64,000 nucleotides of DNA. Source: Microcoleaceae cyanobacterium. GTDB taxonomy: Bacteria; Cyanobacteriota; Cyanobacteriia; Cyanobacteriales; Microcoleaceae. The DNA is taken from the NCBI GenBank assembly GCA_051652765.1, contig JBOFUV010000034.1, positions 128,001 through 192,000 of the forward strand. Direction: 5' to 3'. Numbering within the stretch: the first letter of the stretch is position 1; every line of letters begins with the position of its first letter. Of the stretch, positions 59,794 to 64,000 are shown piece after piece. A model generated the notes under the pieces. It saw only the letters and a list, made by a program, of their open reading frames with translations, was not told the DNA's origin and made no database searches. Position numbers and translations under genes: made by a program.

Positions 59794-61404
59794 TTAGGTC
59801 GATTCTTTCCAAATCCTTGAAGAAATTTTTATTGTATTAAGGTGAGAGTAATCTTGGCCTGATCCATACTGCCAAGCCTCTAACCAACGATGCCAATAAT
59901 ATTGTTGGGCTGGGGAAAGCTTTTTGGCCAGCGGTTCCAAGGGTTTGGCTAAGGGATAGAGCACACTGTAGGCGGCAAGATTAAAATAGTGAGTTGTCCA
60001 AGTGACCAGGTTACCCAAGCCAACCTGAGGAATAATCTTTAGGATCAAAGCCGGATGAGAAATTCCGGTCTTAAACAGCGTCTTTGCCAAGGGCAGAAAT
60101 TGTATCACATCCTGTAAAAATGGCTTGAGTACAGGTTCTCCCAACTGTTTCATCTCTTGAAAAACCGCTGCCAAGACTTGATTGATTTGATCGGGATCAA
60201 CGGTTTGATGACTCCCTACACTCATCGATCGTTGAAATAGCCAAGTGACCGATAAACTGGGTTGATAGGGCTGCAACAGGGAGAGAGCCTTAGAATCCAG
60301 GCATTCTGCGTTCAGGGCTTCTTCAACGCCAAGAGTTAATCGTTGCAAATGCCGGATCATTGACCCAAAGCCCCCAAAGCTCAGAGGAGACTGACTGGCG
60401 CTACTATCCCCAACGGGCAAAATCCGATCCCAAGGGGTGTTTAAAGGACTGTTGCGGTAACAGGGAAAGCAACCAAACAAGGCCCGTTTGAAGGTTAATT
60501 GGTTCAGTTCAACGGTTTGATACTGGGGCAGGAGTCGGAGATACTCCTCAAACAAAAACTCCAAGCTGAACCGTTCAGGCTGAGCGTCCAGGTACGTAAA
60601 TAAATAAGTCGTTCGTCCATCTCGCGCGGGAAACGCTTCCCAAAAGTATTGGCACTGAGTCTGAATCGGGGTGAAAGCGGCAAAAATATCTCCCGTTTGA
60701 TTCTCCGAATATCCGGTTCCACAGGTGCCTACGACCAAACAGATTGCGTCTGGTTTTTGTCCTTGTCGGGCTTGTTGAACGATGGGAGAGAAGTGGCCCA
60801 TGGCATCTAGTAACAGGCGGGTTGTAAACGTTTGATTCTGGGCTTGATGATTCTGGGCTTGAACGGCAACTCCGTTGGGATGAATCGTGGCCCGTTCATA
60901 GGCCATATTTTCAAATAGTTGGCCCCCAGCGTCCAGAAAGCGAGTTTTTAGCGTTTCCAACAAATCAACTGGATCAACCCCAATATTCAAGACCTCTTCT
61001 ACCCAGATTTCTGTCATGTTGGGAAAGCTCAAACGGGCCGGATTGTATTCTGTGGCGATCGCCCGTTCCAATTCTGCCGATGACAGTAGATTTAAGTCCA
61101 GGAAAACCTCCAGTTCCCGACGAGACACATTCCACTCCTGATCTCGCCCCCGCAGCACTCCCCGTTCAATCAGCCCCACCCTCCAACCCCGTAGGGCTAA
61201 AGATGCACCGATCAGAATTCCCAGGGTGCCTCCACACACTAAAATGTCATAGTTAATCTCAGCCAATGGTTGCGAATCCTGCTGAACGGTTGTAGGAATC
61301 GGCAGGGTATTCTCCCGCAAAGCTTTCCACAGAATATCTGCCTTGCGTAATCCCGCTAAAGGATGACCCGGAATTTGAGCCAGAATTTCTTCAGTCAGAG
61401 ACAT
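59794..61404 (-). CDS. cruP: CruA/CruP-family lycopene cyclase-like FAD oxidoreductase
   Basis: GGTLG, GRDQEWNVSR, QYFWEAFP, GDSSASQSPLSFGGFG. Confidence 0.8.
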   Translation of the reverse strand: MSLTEEILAQIPGHPLAGLRKADILWKALRENTLPIPTTVQQDSQPLAEINYDILVCGGTLGILIGASLALRGWRVGLIERGVLRGRDQEWNVSRRELEVFLDLNLLSSAELERAIATEYNPARLSFPNMTEIWVEEVLNIGVDPVDLLETLKTRFLDAGGQLFENMAYERATIHPNGVAVQAQNHQAQNQTFTTRLLLDAMGHFSPIVQQARQGQKPDAICLVVGTCGTGYSENQTGDIFAAFTPIQTQCQYFWEAFPARDGRTTYLFTYLDAQPERFSLEFLFEEYLRLLPQYQTVELNQLTFKRALFGCFPCYRNSPLNTPWDRILPVGDSSASQSPLSFGGFGSMIRHLQRLTLGVEEALNAECLDSKALSLLQPYQPSLSVTWLFQRSMSVGSHQTVDPDQINQVLAAVFQEMKQLGEPVLKPFLQDVIQFLPLAKTLFKTGISHPALILKIIPQVGLGNLVTWTTHYFNLAAYSVLYPLAKPLEPLAKKLSPAQQYYWHRWLEAWQYGSGQDYSHLNTIKISSRIWKEST

Positions 61405-61518
61405 TGGGCGTTCAGGAGAAGTTTACCTTTGATAGCAATCCTCAATTAATTGTAAGAGATCTTTAGAAAGGGGTTTGGGGACGAAGCCCTCAAGAAAGAG
61501 GCTAGGATAGAACAATTA

Positions 61519-62730
61519 TCAATGTTCGGTATTGAGCTGTTGTTCTAGACGGCGAGCGGCCATGGACATCGAATAACAGAACAGCCAATAGAGGGTTCCT
61601 ACGAATAAATAAACCTCGGAATACCGCCCCAGAAATTTCGGGTTCGCTAAAATTGAACCGCTGATCCCTAGCAATTCCACTAGGCCCACAATCGCAAGCA
61701 AGGTCGTGTCCTGGAACAAACTAATAAATTGGCCCACAATCGAGGGAATCGAAATTTTTAGGGCCTGGGGCAGCACCACTAATCCCAGAGCTAGGGGAGT
61801 TTTTAATCCCAAGGCTTTGGCTGCTTCCGTTTGTCCCCTGGGAATCGCTTGCAACCCTGCCCGCACATTTTCAGCCAGATAGGCAGAACTAAACATTGTT
61901 AGCCCAATAATAGCCCGCAACACTCGATCGGGTCGCATTCCCTCCGGCAGGAACAGCGGCAAGAGCACCTGGCCCATAAACAGAATCGTAATCAGCGGCA
62001 AGCCGCGCACCACTTCAATGTAAGCAATTGACAACCCACGAATCACAGGCAAACTACTCTGTCGTCCCAAGGCCAAAACCACTCCCAACGGCAAAGATAG
62101 CAAAATGCTGATCACCGACATCAACAACGTCAGCATCAAGCCCCCCCAGAGACTCGTTTCAACCGGCTTCAGCCCCAAGCCGCCACTGATCAGCCAGACA
62201 GCCAGAATCAGGGATGTAAACCAGGCAAAGGGCAGCCAACTGACAAACTGAGGCCGCAAGTTACCCAACCACCGCCCGACCCAGACCATAATCACTAATC
62301 CAGTTAACAGTCCTAGCAACACCCCTCGATACAAAACAGGAGTCGGAATCAGCGCCACCAGAATTGCCAATAAACTCAGGCCAAGAACTACAGTTGGGCT
62401 ATACAACCTGGAAACATTTCGCGCTAACATCCCCCAGGTTAATCCGGCCAACAGAAAGATCATCCCTACAATCACCCAGAGTCGCCAGTATTGATCCGCT
62501 GGAAACCGTCCCGCAAAAAATAGAGGTAAGTTCGCTGGAATCACCCTCCACTGAGCCTCAAATCCAGCCCAAACGATGAAACCTGTTCCGATCCAGCCCA
62601 ACGCTCCCCCAATAACCAGGGTCAACAGACTGTTATACCAGGTGTTGAATAGATGATTTTGGAGCCAGTTCACAGCCCCGGAAGCACCGATTGGGGGCGC
62701 AAAATTTGGAGATTGGGGAGTTGTGGCCAT
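61519..62730 (-). CDS. polar amino acid ABC transporter permease (NatH/AapM-like)
   Basis: LFNTWYN, WGGLMLTL, RGLPLIT, AYLAENVRAGLQAIPRGQ. Confidence 0.9.
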   Translation of the reverse strand: MATTPQSPNFAPPIGASGAVNWLQNHLFNTWYNSLLTLVIGGALGWIGTGFIVWAGFEAQWRVIPANLPLFFAGRFPADQYWRLWVIVGMIFLLAGLTWGMLARNVSRLYSPTVVLGLSLLAILVALIPTPVLYRGVLLGLLTGLVIMVWVGRWLGNLRPQFVSWLPFAWFTSLILAVWLISGGLGLKPVETSLWGGLMLTLLMSVISILLSLPLGVVLALGRQSSLPVIRGLSIAYIEVVRGLPLITILFMGQVLLPLFLPEGMRPDRVLRAIIGLTMFSSAYLAENVRAGLQAIPRGQTEAAKALGLKTPLALGLVVLPQALKISIPSIVGQFISLFQDTTLLAIVGLVELLGISGSILANPKFLGRYSEVYLFVGTLYWLFCYSMSMAARRLEQQLNTEH

Positions 62731-62799
62731 GGGAATTAGGAGTTGGGATTAGAGGTTAGAATTGGGAGTTTAGAATTGGGAGTTTGGAATTTGGAATTA
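62731..62799. repeat. STRR-like heptamer repeats
   Basis: Degenerate GGGAATT/GGGAGTT/TAGAATT units between the two permease genes. Confidence 0.6.
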
Positions 62800-62812
62800 A
62801 GTATCCCGAGCT

Positions 62813-63973
62813 TTATCTTTCCCTGATCTGAACACTCTGATTTAGCAAGTTCATTCCCAGGGAAATCAGCAGGTTAATGGTCAAATAGGTTGCCATGATG
62901 ATCAACATCACTTCAACAACGTGACCCGTTTGATTAAAAGTCGTTGTAGAAACAGTGTACATATCAGGGTAGGCCACAGCGATCGCCAAGCTTGAATTCT
63001 TCGCCAGGTTCATATATTGGCTGCTCAGTGGCGGAATGATCACCCGCAGCGCTTGGGGAAAAACCACCAACTGCATCACCAAGCCAGCCTTGAGTCCCAG
63101 GGAACGAGCTGCCTCCCATTGCCCCTTGGGAACCGATTGAATGCCTGCCCGCACAATTTCAGCAATGAAGGCTCCTGTATAGACAACCAGGCCAATCAGG
63201 AGAGCAGTAAACTCAATGGTTAACTTTATGCCTCCCGTGACTCCCTTTTCAGTTGTTTGAGGCGTTTCCCAACTGAAGCCCAACAGAATAATCAGTAAAG
63301 CAGCCAACCCTAGAGCCGCCAAGATCATCTGTTGAAGCTGACCTGATTGTCCCTGCTCAACCATAATCCGCAGCCGCCAACGCCAGATCAAAAAGGCCGC
63401 AATCAGCCCAACTAGCAGCAGCCCCAACCAAACCCAAATTAGGGGGCTAGTCGGCCAGGGAAGATAAATTCCACGCTTACTCAGAAAAATTGAGTTCAGC
63501 AGCCCAATTTTCTGGTCTAGAAGTGGCAATTGCAGAAAAATCCCGTACCAGAACAATAACTGGAGGAGTAAGGGGGTGTTTCGGACGATTTCCACATAAA
63601 CAACGCTGATTTTGTGAATCAGCCAGTTATTAGAAAAATAAGTAATTCCAGCCGTAATTCCCAAGAGCGTAGTCAGAATAATGCCTAGAACCATCACTCT
63701 CAAAGAATTGATCAACCCTGCCCACAAAGCTCTGGCGTAGGGATCAGTAGGTTGATAGGGAATTAAACTCTCGCCGATGCCAAACCCAGCAGTGCTATCT
63801 AGAAAGCCAAAATCAAAGAGGGTTCCTCCGGTCTGCCTGAGGTTGAGGGTCAGGTTATTCGCCAAGAGACTAAACAATGCGATGACTCCAAGCAACACCA
63901 CTCCCTGCAGCGTAATTTTCCAAAACCGTTCATCGCGCCAAAGGGGGGTTTTTTGTTGGGGATTTGTTGTCAT
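62813..63973 (-). CDS. polar amino acid ABC transporter permease (NatG/AapQ-like)
   Basis: LWRDERFW, RNTPLLLQL, AFIAEIVRAGIQSVPKGQ, NLAKNSSLA. Confidence 0.9.
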   Translation of the reverse strand: MTTNPQQKTPLWRDERFWKITLQGVVLLGVIALFSLLANNLTLNLRQTGGTLFDFGFLDSTAGFGIGESLIPYQPTDPYARALWAGLINSLRVMVLGIILTTLLGITAGITYFSNNWLIHKISVVYVEIVRNTPLLLQLLFWYGIFLQLPLLDQKIGLLNSIFLSKRGIYLPWPTSPLIWVWLGLLLVGLIAAFLIWRWRLRIMVEQGQSGQLQQMILAALGLAALLIILLGFSWETPQTTEKGVTGGIKLTIEFTALLIGLVVYTGAFIAEIVRAGIQSVPKGQWEAARSLGLKAGLVMQLVVFPQALRVIIPPLSSQYMNLAKNSSLAIAVAYPDMYTVSTTTFNQTGHVVEVMLIIMATYLTINLLISLGMNLLNQSVQIRER

Positions 63974-64000
63974 CGAATTGTTATGTCCTTGTGTACTCTG

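Noticed and set aside
1..64000. High frequency of GCGATCGC
   Set aside because: This is the well-known cyanobacterial HIP1; used only as a taxonomic and breakpoint clue.

Overview
Cyanobacterial chromosome segment (abundant HIP1 GCGATCGC; psaK, crtH, cruP, curT, a phycobiliprotein lyase, and the sRNAs Yfr2 and IsaR1). It is mostly housekeeping genes, interrupted by two defence islands that both have integron architecture. Island 1 (11.6-20.0 kb) has a truncated integron integrase (about 21 intI-like codons), an attI site and four attC sites. Its minus-strand cassettes are a Lamassu/ABC-three-component system, a gene-less hairpin cassette, a chimeric methyltransferase-NurA-DUF433/DUF5615 cassette, a frameshifted HEPN gene and a truncated antitoxin. 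A 22-bp tandem array follows the intI break. Island 2 (51.7-58.0 kb) has a second attI, 30/34 identical to the first but with no integrase, carrying one 6.2-kb, eight-gene cassette in inverted orientation (R-M-like methylase plus S subunit, MNT/HEPN and UPF0175/DUF3368 toxin-antitoxin pairs, an XRE regulator and a Cys-rich unknown). Its ends show the perfect 11-bp core complementarity expected of a single cassette. The main candidate novel system is a dispersed, multi-attI integron that captures operon-sized defence cassettes. All family assignments come from motif recognition by eye; no database searches were run.
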